Shown piece by piece: positions 8,893 to 19,228 of a DNA stretch of 64,000 bases; position 1 is the first letter of the stretch; each line of letters opens with the position of its first letter. The notes under the pieces were generated by a model. The model was not told where the DNA came from. It ran no database searches and saw nothing but the letters and a program-made list of their open reading frames with translations. Origin of the DNA: Thermoleophilia bacterium (GTDB taxonomy: Bacteria; Actinomycetota; Thermoleophilia; Miltoncostaeales; Miltoncostaeaceae); assembly GCA_046330435.1 (NCBI GenBank), contig JAXLST010000017.1:46450-110449 (forward strand), written 5' to 3'. A program made the translations under genes and the position numbers.

Positions 8893-9105
8893 ATGTCGCC
8901 CCTCTTCGCCGACGACAACTCCTCGTACCGCCGGGCCATGCGCAAGCAGGAAGCCGAGGCCAAGCGCCGCGAGGAGCGCCGCGAGCAGATCCTCGAGACG
9001 CTGCGCCGGCTGCGCGAGAAGGCCGCGGATCCCGCCGAGCTGGCCGCAGAGGAGCGGGCGCGCCGGCACAAGGAGATGCTGGAGCGGTACCCGCCGCTGT
9101 TCTAG
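8893..9105 (+). CDS. Small charged helical hypothetical protein (70 aa)
   Basis: MSPLFADDNSSYRRAMRKQEAEAKRREERREQILETL... High GC3. Its stop TAG shares the tetranucleotide CTAG with the convergent STAS gene stop. Confidence 0.5.
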   Translation: MSPLFADDNSSYRRAMRKQEAEAKRREERREQILETLRRLREKAADPAELAAEERARRHKEMLERYPPLF

Positions 9106-9434
9106 CCGGCGGCCTCGTCGTCCGGCGGGATGCCCAGGCGGCGGTCCACCCCGCTCACCCGCAGCGCCCGCAGCGCCATGCCCGGCTTGGGCGGCACCAC
9201 GTGCAGCCGCTGGTCCGCCTCCCGGGCGGCGATCTGGAGGTCCAGCAGCAGCCGCAGGCCGGCGCTGTCGAGGTAGGTCACGCGGGCCAGGTCCAGCGTC
9301 CACCGGCACGTGCCCGCGGTGGCCCGCCGCACCGCCTCCTCGATGCCGGGGAGCACCGCCTGGTCGACCTCGCCCTCCAGCGCCACCACCGGGGCCCCGT
9401 CCTCCTCGCGCACCCGCACCCGCCCGCCGCTCAC
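9102..9434 (-). CDS. STAS-domain anti-sigma-factor antagonist (RsbV/SpoIIAA-like)
   Basis: LEGEVDQAVLPGIEEAV...LDLARVTYLDSAGLRLLLDL. GTGA overlap with the upstream PP2C/kinase gene. Confidence 0.8.
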   Translation of the reverse strand: MSGGRVRVREEDGAPVVALEGEVDQAVLPGIEEAVRRATAGTCRWTLDLARVTYLDSAGLRLLLDLQIAAREADQRLHVVPPKPGMALRALRVSGVDRRLGIPPDDEAAG

Positions 9435-12331
9435 GGGGCCCCCGCCGGCCGGCCCAGGCCATGCCGCATCGTGAGCACCGTGCCGCCGTCGCTCGCCAGC
9501 GCCGCCTCGTGGGTGAGCGCGGCGATCATCCGCAGCCCGTAGCCGCGGTGCGGGGTCGCAACCGGCGGCCGCCACGTGCCGTGGTCGCGCACCCGGATGA
9601 CGGCGTCCCCGTCCTCCAGCGCGCACTCCAGGTCCAGGGGCCGCCGCGGATCGCCCGCCGCGTGCTCCACGGCGTTGGCCAGGGCCTCCCCCACCGCGAT
9701 CACCAGGTCGTCCACGGCCTCGGCCCCCGCACCGACCTCCTGCAGCCAGGTGCGGACCCGGGCGCGGGCACCGGAGAGGGCGTCGTACCGCACCGGGACG
9801 CTCACGGACATGCGGCGGTCGTCGGCGGCCGGATGGCGGCCGTTGGAGGACGGCCGCGCCGCCCCCTCCACGTGCACGGCGAGCACCGCCACGTCGTCCA
9901 GCAGCGCCGCGCCGCCCTGGAACTCCTCCACGGACCGCTCGACCGCGGCCACGAGGCCCGCGGCCCCGGTGCCGGCGGCGGCCCGCAGCACGCGCATGAG
10001 GCGGCGCTCGCCGAAGAACAGCCCGTGGCGCCGCGCCTCCGTGATGCCGTCCGTGTGCAGCACCAGGGCGTCGCCGGGAGCGAGCTCGCCCTCCCAGCCG
10101 GTGCCGGTCCACCCCGGCTCGATGCCCAGCAGGCCGCCGCGCACCGGCAATTGCGAGGTGGTGCCGTCGGCCCGGACCCACACCGGCGGCAGGTGGGCGC
10201 CATTGGCGACCCGCACGGTCGCGCCCCCGCCGGGCCGGACGCCGATCCGGGCGACGACCGCGGTGCTGAACCGCGTGCTGCCCGGCTGGAAGGCGATGAT
10301 CGACCGGTTGAGCATGTCCAGGATCGACAGCGGGTCCCGGTCCGGGCGCTCGAGGCACGCCACGCGGATCGCGTGCCGGCACAGCGAGGTGAGCTGCGCG
10401 GCCTCCGGGCCCTTCCCGCAGACGTCCCCCACCACCAGCACCCAGTCGTCGCCGGACCGGAACACGTCGTAGAAGTCCCCGCCCACCTCGTGGCCGTCGC
10501 CGGCCGCCAGGTACGCGGACGCCAGGTCCAGGCCGTCCGGGTCGGGCAGCCGCCCGGGCAGCAGGCTGTGCTGCAGCGTGCGGGCGATGTGCCGGTCGCG
10601 GTCCGCCAGCCGGGCGTTCTCGAGCGCGAGGGCCGCGCGGTCGGCGAGGGCGCCGGCCAGCTCCAGGTCGGCCTCGCCGAGGGTGCGCCCGCCTCGGCTG
10701 GAGGTGCCCAGCAGGATCCCGCCGAGCGGCCGGTCGCGCAGCACGATCGGCGTCGTGAGGTACGACCGCGGCGAGAGGACCTCCAGCAGCTCGCGCTTGC
10801 GCGTCCCGGACGGCGACTCCCGCACCAGGGCCCCCACGTCGGGGATCAGCAGGGGGCTGCGGGACTCGCGCGCCGCGGCGACGGAGATGGGGTCCCGCGC
10901 CTCCAGGGCGTGCTCCCTGCGCAGCTCCTGCAGGACCGGCACCATCTCCGGCTCGTCGTGCGCCACCGAGACCACCATGCGGCGGCCGTCGGCCCCGAAG
11001 ATCTCCACCGAGGCGTAGTCCCCGACGTCCGGCACGAGCGTGCCCGCCAGCGCCCGCGCACGGTCCTCCAGGGTGTCGGCGGCGTCCATCGCGGCCCCCG
11101 CCCGTGCCAGCAGCGCGTCCCGCCGCCGCGCCCGTTCGCGCTCGGTGATGTCGATCGCCGACGGCACCAGGTTCACCACCCGCCCGTCGTCGTCGAGCAT
11201 CGGGACCAGCTGGAAGTCGATGGTGATGCGGGTGTCCTCGCCGAGCCGCACCACCGCGTCGTACCGGGACGCCTCCCCGCGGGCGGCGTCGGCGACGGCG
11301 CGGCGCAGGCGGTCCTGCACGTCGGGGTTCCACGACCACCAGTACGTGTCCCAGAAGGGCGTGCCCAGGACGTCCTCGGCGCTCAGGCCGGCGGCCGCGA
11401 GGGCAGTCCGGTTGGCCTCCACCAGCGTGCCGTCGGTCTCCAGCAGCCCCACGAACACGAACAGGCCGTCCATGAGCCGCCGCGTCCTGCTCGCGCTGTC
11501 GCGCAGGGCGGCCTCCGCGCGCTTCTGGTCGGTCACGTCGCGGATGAGCCCGTTGATGCCGGTCACCCCGCCATCGGGGCCCAGCACCGGGTAGCCCTGG
11601 GTGAGGGTCCAGCGTTCGGTGCCGTCGGGCTGCGGGACGCGGTACGTGGTCTCGTACGGGCGCTTCTCCCGGAGCGCCGTCGCGATCGCCTCCCGGATGT
11701 GGGGGCGGTCGTCCGGGTGCACCATGCCCAGCGCGTCCTCGAGCGCCGGCGGCGACGACCCACGCGGCAGGCCGAACACGGGGCCCACCTCGTCCGACCA
11801 GCTCACCGCGCCGGTCGCCGCGTCGAACTGCCAGAACCCCGTGCGCGTGGCGGCGAGCGCGAGGTGGAGGATGGCGTGGCGCTCCTCGGCCTCGGCCCGG
11901 GCCTGCGCCTCCTCCTGGTGCAGCCGGGCGCGGTGCAGCGCCTGTGCGGCGTGCTCGGCGAGGGTCTCCAGGAACTGCCGGTCGGCGGCCGGGAGCTCCG
12001 TGGGCGCGTCGAAGGCCAGCACGAGCGCCCCCTTCGTGCGCTCCACGCCGATCACCGGCACCGCGGCGAGGCGGGCGCCCCAGTCGGGCGCACCCGTCGC
12101 CATGACGTGGGCGGTGGCCGCCAGCACCGCCTCCTGGTCGGCGGTGTCGCCGAACAGCTGCGGCGCCTCCCCGCCGTCGGCGAGGACCAGCGTCACGTGG
12201 GCGGCGCCCAGCACGCCGGCGGACTCGCGCACGAACCGCTCCGCGACGTCCTCCCGCCGCAGGGCGTCGAAGAGGGCGCGCGACAGCCGCTGCAGCTGCA
12301 GCAGGCGCGCGTCTGGGGCGTGGTCACCCAT
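9431..12331 (-). CDS. Multidomain sensor: GAF-PAS-PAS-GAF-PP2C (SpoIIE/RsbU-type) phosphatase fused to an RsbW-like HATPase serine kinase
   Basis: 966 aa from MGDHAPD. PAS S-box-like segments (WQFDAATGAVSWSDE, YRVPQPDGTERW). PP2C motifs (GGDFYDV...VGDVCGKG...LHTDGITEA). C-terminal GEALANAVEHA...RVRDHG...GYGLRM. Confidence 0.85.
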   Translation of the reverse strand: MGDHAPDARLLQLQRLSRALFDALRREDVAERFVRESAGVLGAAHVTLVLADGGEAPQLFGDTADQEAVLAATAHVMATGAPDWGARLAAVPVIGVERTKGALVLAFDAPTELPAADRQFLETLAEHAAQALHRARLHQEEAQARAEAEERHAILHLALAATRTGFWQFDAATGAVSWSDEVGPVFGLPRGSSPPALEDALGMVHPDDRPHIREAIATALREKRPYETTYRVPQPDGTERWTLTQGYPVLGPDGGVTGINGLIRDVTDQKRAEAALRDSASRTRRLMDGLFVFVGLLETDGTLVEANRTALAAAGLSAEDVLGTPFWDTYWWSWNPDVQDRLRRAVADAARGEASRYDAVVRLGEDTRITIDFQLVPMLDDDGRVVNLVPSAIDITERERARRRDALLARAGAAMDAADTLEDRARALAGTLVPDVGDYASVEIFGADGRRMVVSVAHDEPEMVPVLQELRREHALEARDPISVAAARESRSPLLIPDVGALVRESPSGTRKRELLEVLSPRSYLTTPIVLRDRPLGGILLGTSSRGGRTLGEADLELAGALADRAALALENARLADRDRHIARTLQHSLLPGRLPDPDGLDLASAYLAAGDGHEVGGDFYDVFRSGDDWVLVVGDVCGKGPEAAQLTSLCRHAIRVACLERPDRDPLSILDMLNRSIIAFQPGSTRFSTAVVARIGVRPGGGATVRVANGAHLPPVWVRADGTTSQLPVRGGLLGIEPGWTGTGWEGELAPGDALVLHTDGITEARRHGLFFGERRLMRVLRAAAGTGAAGLVAAVERSVEEFQGGAALLDDVAVLAVHVEGAARPSSNGRHPAADDRRMSVSVPVRYDALSGARARVRTWLQEVGAGAEAVDDLVIAVGEALANAVEHAAGDPRRPLDLECALEDGDAVIRVRDHGTWRPPVATPHRGYGLRMIAALTHEAALASDGGTVLTMRHGLGRPAGAP

Positions 12332-12339
12332 GGGCGCGC

Positions 12340-12345
12340 AGTATC
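12340..12345 (-). promoter_or_regulatory. Candidate -10 box (GATACT), leaderless start at ATG 12331
   Basis: The hexamer lies 8 nt upstream of the ATG with no SD. The same GATACT-N7-ATG arrangement occurs at 36883. Confidence 0.35.
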
Positions 12346-12378
12346 GCAGCACGGGGAGCGCGGGCCCCGGAGCCGGTC

Positions 12379-12963
12379 TCAGCCCGCGGCGCCGTCCCCC
12401 GGCCACAGTCCCGCCGCGTGCAGCAGGTCCGCGACGACCGGCACCGGCAGGCCCACCACGGTGCTGTGGTCGCCGTCGATGCCGGTCACCAAAGCCGCGC
12501 CCGCGCCCTGCACCGCGTAGCCGCCGGCGCGGTCCCGCCATTCTCCGGTGTCCAGGTACCACTCCAGGACGGCGTCGTCGGCCGGGCGCATCCGCACCGC
12601 GGTGGACGCCACCTCCGCCCGCTCCCCGCCGGCGGTGACCAGCACCACCGCCGTCAGCACCTCGTGGGCCCTGCCCGCCAGCGACCGGAGCATGCGGCCC
12701 GCCGCGTCGCGGTCCGCGGGCTTGCCGAGCGACGCGCCGTCGAGCACCACCTCGGTGTCGGCGCCCAGCACGCCGCCGCCCTCGGGGATGCCGGCCCGTG
12801 CGACGACGTCCCGGGCCTTGCCCAGGGCGTTCGCCAGCACGCGCTCGCGCGGCGACCGGCCGGGCCCGTGCTCCTCGAATCCGGAGGCGACCACACGGAA
12901 CTCGACGCCCAGGTGCCGCAGCAGCGCGCGCCGCTGCGGCGACCGGGACGCGAGGATGAGCAG
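12379..12963 (-). CDS. maf: Maf-like nucleoside triphosphate pyrophosphatase / septum formation protein
   Basis: LILASRSPQRRALLRHLGVEFRV...LGADTEVVLDG...GKP...AGGYAVQG. The conserved ASxSPxRR motif lies upstream of the first canonical start (GTG 12894). Probable CTG 12963. Confidence 0.8.
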   Translation of the reverse strand: MLILASRSPQRRALLRHLGVEFRVVASGFEEHGPGRSPRERVLANALGKARDVVARAGIPEGGGVLGADTEVVLDGASLGKPADRDAAGRMLRSLAGRAHEVLTAVVLVTAGGERAEVASTAVRMRPADDAVLEWYLDTGEWRDRAGGYAVQGAGAALVTGIDGDHSTVVGLPVPVVADLLHAAGLWPGDGAAG

Positions 12964-12972
12964 GGAGGGTCC

Positions 12973-13386
12973 CTAGAGCTCGGGGAAGTGCAGCGCCAGC
13001 TCGCGGGCGGCGGACTCGACGCCGTCGGAGCCGTGGATGATGTTCTGGCCCACCTCGAGCGCGTAGTCGCCGCGGATGGTGCCGGGCGCCGCGTCCAGCG
13101 GGTTGGTGGTGCCCATCATCGTGCGCAGGGCCGCGATGGACCCGGCGGGGCCCTCGACGGCCAGCATCACCACCGGGCCGGAGGTGATGAAGTCGACCAG
13201 CTCGCCGAAGAACGGCTTCTCGCGGTGCTCACCGTAGTGCTCCTCGGCGGCGGCACGCGCCATCACGGCCTTCTTGAGGCCGACGATGGCGAAGCCACGG
13301 CGCTCGATGCGGCCGATGATCTCCCCCGTCAGTCCTGCAGCCACGCCGTCGGGCTTGACCATCACGAACGAGCGCTCACTACTCAA
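12973..13386 (-). CDS. ndk: Nucleoside diphosphate kinase
   Basis: [12 protein letters not shown]...[16 protein letters not shown]...NIIHGSD. 137 aa. Confidence 0.95.
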   Translation of the reverse strand: MSSERSFVMVKPDGVAAGLTGEIIGRIERRGFAIVGLKKAVMARAAAEEHYGEHREKPFFGELVDFITSGPVVMLAVEGPAGSIAALRTMMGTTNPLDAAPGTIRGDYALEVGQNIIHGSDGVESAARELALHFPEL

Positions 13387-14029
13387 CCGATGCCTCCGGG
13401 TCCGGGCTCACACTCCGGCGGATGCGCCGGATCATCTGACGGCCGGTGTCGCCCGGGTCGGGGCGCTCCTGGCCGCGAAGCTGCTGCTGGTCGTGCGGGG
13501 GCTGCGGGCGCTCGCCGCCCGAGCGGCTGACGTTCCGCAGGCGGAACTCGAGCTCGGTGAGGCGGATGTCCAGGTCGCGCAGCTCCTCGCGGGTCGCGAC
13601 GCCGGCCTGCCGCAGCATGTTGAGGGTGGCGGGGTCGTTCGCCTGGGCGCCGTCGCGGCCCAGCAGGCGGCCGACGATGCGCTGCCCCTCCATGTCGCCG
13701 ATGTCGCCGAGCCGGCGCTCCAGCGCGATGAGCTCGAGCTCACGCTCGCGGGACTCCAGCATGGACTCCGGCGGGCGGACGACCAGGTAGATCAGGGTCC
13801 CCAGGTACGGCAGGAACACCGACAGCGCGACCGCGCCGGCGACGAGCGCCGGGTTCTCGGTGCGGCGGCGGGCGTCCTGGTAGGTCCACCAGATCAGCGA
13901 CAGCCACAGCAGGACGACGAACGCCTTGATGCCGAGGCTGATGAAGCCCCACAGGCTGGAGTCGAAGAAGTTGGAGACCGAGTCGAACGGGTCGCTCGAA
14001 CCGGTCGCTTGTGCCGCGAACGCGGGCAT
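13379..14029 (-). CDS. Membrane protein with PLD-N-terminal-like (cardiolipin synthase N-terminal type) TM pair and a coiled-coil tail
   Basis: GGAGG-5nt-ATG 14029. [16 protein letters not shown]...[14 protein letters not shown] followed by a charged helical region. Overlaps the ndk start by 8 nt. Confidence 0.65.
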   Translation of the reverse strand: MPAFAAQATGSSDPFDSVSNFFDSSLWGFISLGIKAFVVLLWLSLIWWTYQDARRRTENPALVAGAVALSVFLPYLGTLIYLVVRPPESMLESRERELELIALERRLGDIGDMEGQRIVGRLLGRDGAQANDPATLNMLRQAGVATREELRDLDIRLTELEFRLRNVSRSGGERPQPPHDQQQLRGQERPDPGDTGRQMIRRIRRSVSPDPEASVE

Positions 14030-14132
14030 GGAACCTCCGGTCCCGGGACGGGAAATGCACCCTATCAGCAGGGCCCGATACCCCAGATGCCACACCGGCA
14101 ACCGGAACCCTTCTTCCGGAGGGCGCTCTGGC

Positions 14133-15389
14133 CTACGCGAGCTCCGGCCGGAGGTCCGCGAGCAGGTACAGGGAGCCGCACACCAGCACCGCCCCCTCGG
14201 GCCCGGCCAGCGACCGCGCGCGGTCCAGCGCCGCGGCGGGGTCCGCCACGACCTCGGCGGCGGCACCGGCCGCCCGCGCGGCCGTGGCGAGCTCGGCCGG
14301 ATCGGCCGCCCGGCGGTGCCGGGAGCGGGTGGCGACCACGGTCCCGCAGGCCGGTGCCAGGGCCGCCATCATCGCCGCGGCGTCCTTGTCGGCGAGCACC
14401 GACACCACCGCCACCGGCCGGGTCCCGCCGAGCACGTCCGGCAGCGCGTCCACCAGGGCCGCCATCCCCGCGGGGTTGTGCGCCCCGTCGATGAGGACGC
14501 GCGGCCGCCCCGGGAACTCCTCCATCCGCCCCGGCACCCGCACGTCGCGCAGCGCGGCCCGCACCGCGGCCGGGTCCAGGGGCGCCCCGGCGAACCGGCG
14601 GGCGGCCGCCACCGCGACCGCGGCGTTGTCGCGCTGGAAGCTTCCGCGGGGCCCCACGGCGATGCCGTCGTAGGTCTCACCGGGGCAGCGGATGACGTCG
14701 CCCTCGATGCCGAACTCCCGGTCCATGCGCCAGCCGTCCAGGCCGCGGGCGGCCATCACGGCCTCCACCTCCGCCGCGGCGTCGCCCAGGCGCCCCACCA
14801 CCAGGCGGTCCGATCCGTCCGGCGCCACCGCCAGCTTCTCGCCGGCGATCGCGGTGACCGTGCCGCCCAGCAGGTCGGTGTGCTCCAGGGCGATGTTGGT
14901 GAGCACCGTCACGCGGCCGCCGTCCAGCACGTTCGTGGCATCCCAGCGGCCGCCGAGGCCCGCCTCGATCACCGCGGCGTCCACGCCCTCCCGGGCCATC
15001 GACACGAACGCCGCCGCCGTCAGGACCTCGAACTGGGTGATCCGGTCGTCCTCGGCCAGGTCGAGCCCGTCCGCGGCGTCGCGCACCGCCCCGACGGCCT
15101 CCGCGAAGCGCTCCGGCGCCTGCGGGCGGCCCGCCAGCAGCGTCCGCTCGGTCCAGCCCAGGATGTGGGGCGACGTGTACGCCCCGCAGCGCATGCCGTG
15201 GGCGGAGAGGACCGCCGCCGTCATGCACGTCGTGGAGGTCTTGCCGTTGGTCCCCACCACGTGGACGCACGGGTAGGCGCGGTGCGGGTCGCCGAGCGCC
15301 GCGAGCACGCGCCGCATCCGCTCCAGGCCGAACCGCATGCCGAAGAGCTCGAGCCCCTCGACGTACGCGACGGCCTCCTGCGGGGTCAT
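14133..15389 (-). CDS. folC: Bifunctional folylpolyglutamate synthase / dihydrofolate synthase
   Basis: VHVVGTNGKTST P-loop, Mur-ligase layout. ATGA overlap with the valS stop. Confidence 0.9.
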   Translation of the reverse strand: MTPQEAVAYVEGLELFGMRFGLERMRRVLAALGDPHRAYPCVHVVGTNGKTSTTCMTAAVLSAHGMRCGAYTSPHILGWTERTLLAGRPQAPERFAEAVGAVRDAADGLDLAEDDRITQFEVLTAAAFVSMAREGVDAAVIEAGLGGRWDATNVLDGGRVTVLTNIALEHTDLLGGTVTAIAGEKLAVAPDGSDRLVVGRLGDAAAEVEAVMAARGLDGWRMDREFGIEGDVIRCPGETYDGIAVGPRGSFQRDNAAVAVAAARRFAGAPLDPAAVRAALRDVRVPGRMEEFPGRPRVLIDGAHNPAGMAALVDALPDVLGGTRPVAVVSVLADKDAAAMMAALAPACGTVVATRSRHRRAADPAELATAARAAGAAAEVVADPAAALDRARSLAGPEGAVLVCGSLYLLADLRPELA

Positions 15390-17941
15390 CCGGGGCCCAG
15401 CGCCTCCAGGCGGGCCCGCAGCTCCGCGGCCTCGGCGGCGAACCGCTCGGCCTTCTGGCGCTCGGCGTCCACCAGCTCCGGCGGCGCCTTGGAGGTGAAC
15501 CGCTCGTTGCCGAGCATCCCCCGCGCCCGCTTGAGCTCCGACTCGGCGCGCTGCAGCTCCTTGGTGAGGCGGTCCCGCTCGGCGGCGACGTCCACCGTGC
15601 CCTCGGCGCGCGCGACGCGCAGCCGGCCGGCGGCCGTGCCCACCACCATCGCGTCCTCCGGCAGGTCGTCCGCCAGCTCCACGCCGGCGAGGGCGCAGAA
15701 CGCCCCGGTGAGCGGCCCCACCGCGTCGCCCTCCACCGCGGCGCGCAGCGGCTCCCGCGGGCCCAGGCCCAGGTTGTTCCGCAGGCCGCGGACCGCGGTG
15801 ACCGCCTCCTGCAGCGCGGTCACGGCGCCCTCGGCCTCCGGGTCGGCGGCCGTCCCGGCGCGGGCCGGTGCGTGGGTGATCATGAGGCCCTCGGCGCCGG
15901 GCATCTGCTCCCAGCACGCCTCGGTCACGAACGGCATCACCGGGTGCACCAGCGCGAGGATCTGCTCCAGCAGGTCGCCGGCGACCTCGGGGGTGGCCTC
16001 GTCGCGCTTGAGCAGCTCCAGGTACCAGTCGCAGTAGTCGTCGAACACCAGCCGGTACAGCAGCGCGGCGAGGCGGCTGAACTCGAACCCGGCGATGAGC
16101 GACCCGGCCTCCTCCACCGCGGCCGAGACGCGGGCGGCCATCCAGCGGTCCGCGAGGCTCTCGGGGACCGGCGCGTCCGCGTGGCCGGCGCGGCCGCCGC
16201 GGGCGACCACCAGGCGCGTGGCGTTCCAGAGCTTGGTGACCAGCTGGCGGCCCTGGCGGATCGCGTCCACCGAGAACCGCACGTCCTGCTGGCTGCTCAT
16301 GAGCAGCAGGCCGAACCGCAGGGCGTCCGCGCCGTGCTCGGCGATGAGCTCCAGCGGGTCGATGCCCGTGCCGAGGCTCTTGCTCATCCGGCGGCCGTCG
16401 GGCGCCTGGATGACCGAGTGGATGTACACGTCCGAGAACGGCACCTCGTCGCGGTACTCCAGGCCCATCATCACCATGCGGGCGACCCACAGGAAGATGA
16501 TGTCCCGCGCCGTCGACAGGACGTTGGTGGGGTAGAACCGCTGCAGCTCGGGCGTGTCCTCGGGCCAGCCGAGCGTCGCGAACGGCCACAGGCCGGAGCT
16601 GAACCAGGTGTCGAGGACGTCCGGGTCGCGGGTCCAGCCGTCGCCCTCGGGCGCGGCCTCCCCCACGAACACCTCGTCGCCGCGGTACCACACCGGCAGC
16701 TGGTGGCCCCACCACAGCTGGCGGGACAGGCACCACGGGCGGATCTCCTCCATCCACCGCAGGTACACGTCGCCCCACCGCGCGGGCGTGAACTTCACGC
16801 GCCCGTCCCGGACCGCCGCGATGGCGGGCGCCGCCAACGCCTTCATGTCGCAGAACCACTGCAGGGAGATGAGCGGCTCCACCCGCGCACCCGAGCGGTG
16901 GGAGTACGGCACCACGTGGGTGTACGGCTCCACGCCGCGCAGCAGTCCCTGCGCCTCGAGGTCGGCCATGACCCGCTCGGAGCACTCCTTGGGCGACAGG
17001 CCCGCGTACCGCTCGCCGGCGGCGGCGGTCATGCGCCCGTCCTCCCCGATGACGCTGATGGCGTCCAGGCCGTGGCGCTTGCCGATCTCGAAGTCGTTCG
17101 GGTCGTGGGCCGGGGTGATCTTGAGGCACCCCGTGCCGAAGTCCGTCTTGACGTAGTCGTCGGCGATGACCGGCAGCTCGCGCCCCACCAGCGGCAGGGT
17201 CACGGTCTTCCCGATGAGGTGCCGGTAGCGCTCGTCCTCGGGGTTCACGGCGACGGCGGTGTCGCCCAGCATCGTCTCCGGCCGGACGGTGGCCACCACG
17301 ACCTCGCCGGAACCGTCGGTGAGCGGGTAGGCGATCTGCACCAGGCTGTCGGTGACCTCGCGGTCCTCGACCTCCAGGTCGGAGATCGCCGAGCCGAGGC
17401 CGGGGTCCCAGTTGACCATGTAGTGGTCGCGGTAGACGTGGCCCTTCTCGTACAGGTCCACGAAGACGCGCAGGACGGCCTTCGCGTAGGCCTCGTCCAT
17501 CGTGAAGCGCTCACGGGAGTAGTCGAGGGTCGCACCGAGGCGCCGCAGCTGGCCGATGATCGTGCCGCCGTACTCGGCGCGCCACTCCCACACCCGCTCG
17601 ATGAACGCCTCGCGGCCGATCTCCCGGCGGTCGACGCCGTCCCGGGCCAGGGCCTTCTCGACCTGGGCCTGGGTGGCGATGCCGGCGTGGTCGGTGCCGC
17701 AGATCCACATGGTCTCGTACCCCGCCATGCGGTGGTACCGGATGAGCGCGTCCTGAATCGTGTTGTTCAGGGCGTGGCCCATGTGGAGCGCCCCCGTGAC
17801 GTTCGGGGGCGGGATCGCGATGGTGTACGGCGGCTTGCCGGAGGACGGGTCGGCGCGCAGCACGCCGGACGCCTCCCACGTGTCGACCCAGCGCTGCTCG
17901 TCGGCGACCGGGTCGTATCGAACGGGCTGCTGCTCGCTCAC
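15386..17941 (-). CDS. valS: Valine--tRNA ligase
   Basis: [14 protein letters not shown] (HIGH), RRMSKSLG (KMSKS), C-terminal coiled coil. GTGA overlap with the clpX stop. Confidence 0.95.
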   Translation of the reverse strand: MSEQQPVRYDPVADEQRWVDTWEASGVLRADPSSGKPPYTIAIPPPNVTGALHMGHALNNTIQDALIRYHRMAGYETMWICGTDHAGIATQAQVEKALARDGVDRREIGREAFIERVWEWRAEYGGTIIGQLRRLGATLDYSRERFTMDEAYAKAVLRVFVDLYEKGHVYRDHYMVNWDPGLGSAISDLEVEDREVTDSLVQIAYPLTDGSGEVVVATVRPETMLGDTAVAVNPEDERYRHLIGKTVTLPLVGRELPVIADDYVKTDFGTGCLKITPAHDPNDFEIGKRHGLDAISVIGEDGRMTAAAGERYAGLSPKECSERVMADLEAQGLLRGVEPYTHVVPYSHRSGARVEPLISLQWFCDMKALAAPAIAAVRDGRVKFTPARWGDVYLRWMEEIRPWCLSRQLWWGHQLPVWYRGDEVFVGEAAPEGDGWTRDPDVLDTWFSSGLWPFATLGWPEDTPELQRFYPTNVLSTARDIIFLWVARMVMMGLEYRDEVPFSDVYIHSVIQAPDGRRMSKSLGTGIDPLELIAEHGADALRFGLLLMSSQQDVRFSVDAIRQGRQLVTKLWNATRLVVARGGRAGHADAPVPESLADRWMAARVSAAVEEAGSLIAGFEFSRLAALLYRLVFDDYCDWYLELLKRDEATPEVAGDLLEQILALVHPVMPFVTEACWEQMPGAEGLMITHAPARAGTAADPEAEGAVTALQEAVTAVRGLRNNLGLGPREPLRAAVEGDAVGPLTGAFCALAGVELADDLPEDAMVVGTAAGRLRVARAEGTVDVAAERDRLTKELQRAESELKRARGMLGNERFTSKAPPELVDAERQKAERFAAEAAELRARLEALGPG

Positions 17942-19203
17942 CCGCCGGCCTCGGCGCGCCGCTCGCGGCCCGGGGCCTCGGTGACGAGCGTCGGCGGAAG
18001 GCCCTTCTCGATGGTCTCCTTGGTGACCACGCACTTCACGACGTCGTCGCGGGACGGCAGCTCGAACATCACGTCCAGCAGCGCGCTCTCCACGATGGAC
18101 CGCAGGCCGCGGGCCCCGGTCTCGCGCTCCAGCGCCTTGTCGGCGATGGCGGTGAGCGAGTCGTCGCTGAACACCAGGTCCACGCGGTCGAAGCTGAAGA
18201 ACCGCTTGAACTGCTTGGACAGGGCGTTCTTGGGCTCGTTGAGGATCTTCACCAGGTCGGCGCGGGTGAGCTGGTGCACCGCGCTGATGACCGGGAGGCG
18301 GCCGATGAACTCGGGGATGAGCCCGTAGTTCATGAGGTCCTCCGGCAGGACCTGGCTGAACAGGTCGTGCGGGTCGTGCTCCTTCTTGGAGCGCACGTCG
18401 GCGGCGAAGCCGACGCCCTTGCGGCCGATGCGCCGCTCGATGACCTGCTCCAGGTTCGCGAACGCGCCGCCGCAGATGAACAGCACGTTCGTGGTGTCGA
18501 TCGTGAGGAACTCCTGGTGCGGGTGCTTGCGCCCGCCCTGGGGCGGCACCGAGGCCACCGTGCCCTCGAGGATCTTCAGCAGCGCCTGCTGCACGCCCTC
18601 GCCCGAGACGTCCCGCGTGATCGACGGGTTGTCGGCCTTCCGGGCGATCTTGTCGACCTCGTCGATGTAGATGATCCCGGTCTCCGCCTTCTTCACGTCG
18701 AAGTCGGCGGCCTGGATGAGCTTGAGCAGGATGTTCTCGACGTCCTCGCCCACGTAGCCGGCCTCGGTGAGGGCCGTGGCGTCCGCGATGGCGAACGGGA
18801 CGTTGAGGATCTTCGCCAGCGTCTGCGCGAGCAGCGTCTTGCCGCAGCCGGTGGGCCCGAGCAGCAGGATGTTGCTCTTCTGCAGCTCGATGTCCGTGTC
18901 CCCGGAGGACATCATCTGGACGCGCTTGTAGTGGTTGTAGACCGCGACCGAGAGGGTGCGCTTGGCCTCCTCCTGGCCCACCACGTACTCGTTCAGGACG
19001 TCGTAGATCTCCCGCGGCCGGGGCAGCGCGTCCGGGTCGAAGCTGACGGGGGTGGTGAGCTCCTCGTCGATGATCTCGTTGCAGAGATCGATGCACTCAT
19101 CGCAGATGTAGACCCCGGGGCCCGCGATGAGCTTCTTGACCTGGCGCTGGGACTTCCCGCAGAAGCTGCAGAGCAGCTGCTCGTTCTGTTCGGACTTGGC
19201 CAT
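17938..19203 (-). CDS. clpX: ATP-dependent Clp protease ATP-binding subunit ClpX
   Basis: Zinc finger CSFCGKSQ...CDECI, Walker [17 protein letters not shown]. Confidence 0.97.
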   Translation of the reverse strand: MAKSEQNEQLLCSFCGKSQRQVKKLIAGPGVYICDECIDLCNEIIDEELTTPVSFDPDALPRPREIYDVLNEYVVGQEEAKRTLSVAVYNHYKRVQMMSSGDTDIELQKSNILLLGPTGCGKTLLAQTLAKILNVPFAIADATALTEAGYVGEDVENILLKLIQAADFDVKKAETGIIYIDEVDKIARKADNPSITRDVSGEGVQQALLKILEGTVASVPPQGGRKHPHQEFLTIDTTNVLFICGGAFANLEQVIERRIGRKGVGFAADVRSKKEHDPHDLFSQVLPEDLMNYGLIPEFIGRLPVISAVHQLTRADLVKILNEPKNALSKQFKRFFSFDRVDLVFSDDSLTAIADKALERETGARGLRSIVESALLDVMFELPSRDDVVKCVVTKETIEKGLPPTLVTEAPGRERRAEAGG

Positions 19204-19228
19204 GTGGTGACGGTCGGGGCTCGCCGCG

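Noticed and set aside
9102-9105. Convergent genes sharing the palindromic tetranucleotide CTAG as both stop codons
   Set aside because: A neat feature, but explained by compact genome packing. No functional implication can be supported.
8357-12520. 1387-aa plus-strand ORF, the longest in the window
   Set aside because: It lies antisense to the well-supported STAS, PP2C/kinase and maf genes. Its composition is dominated by Arg/Pro/Gly/Ala with no recognisable motifs. This is the typical stop-free shadow frame of very high-G+C DNA.
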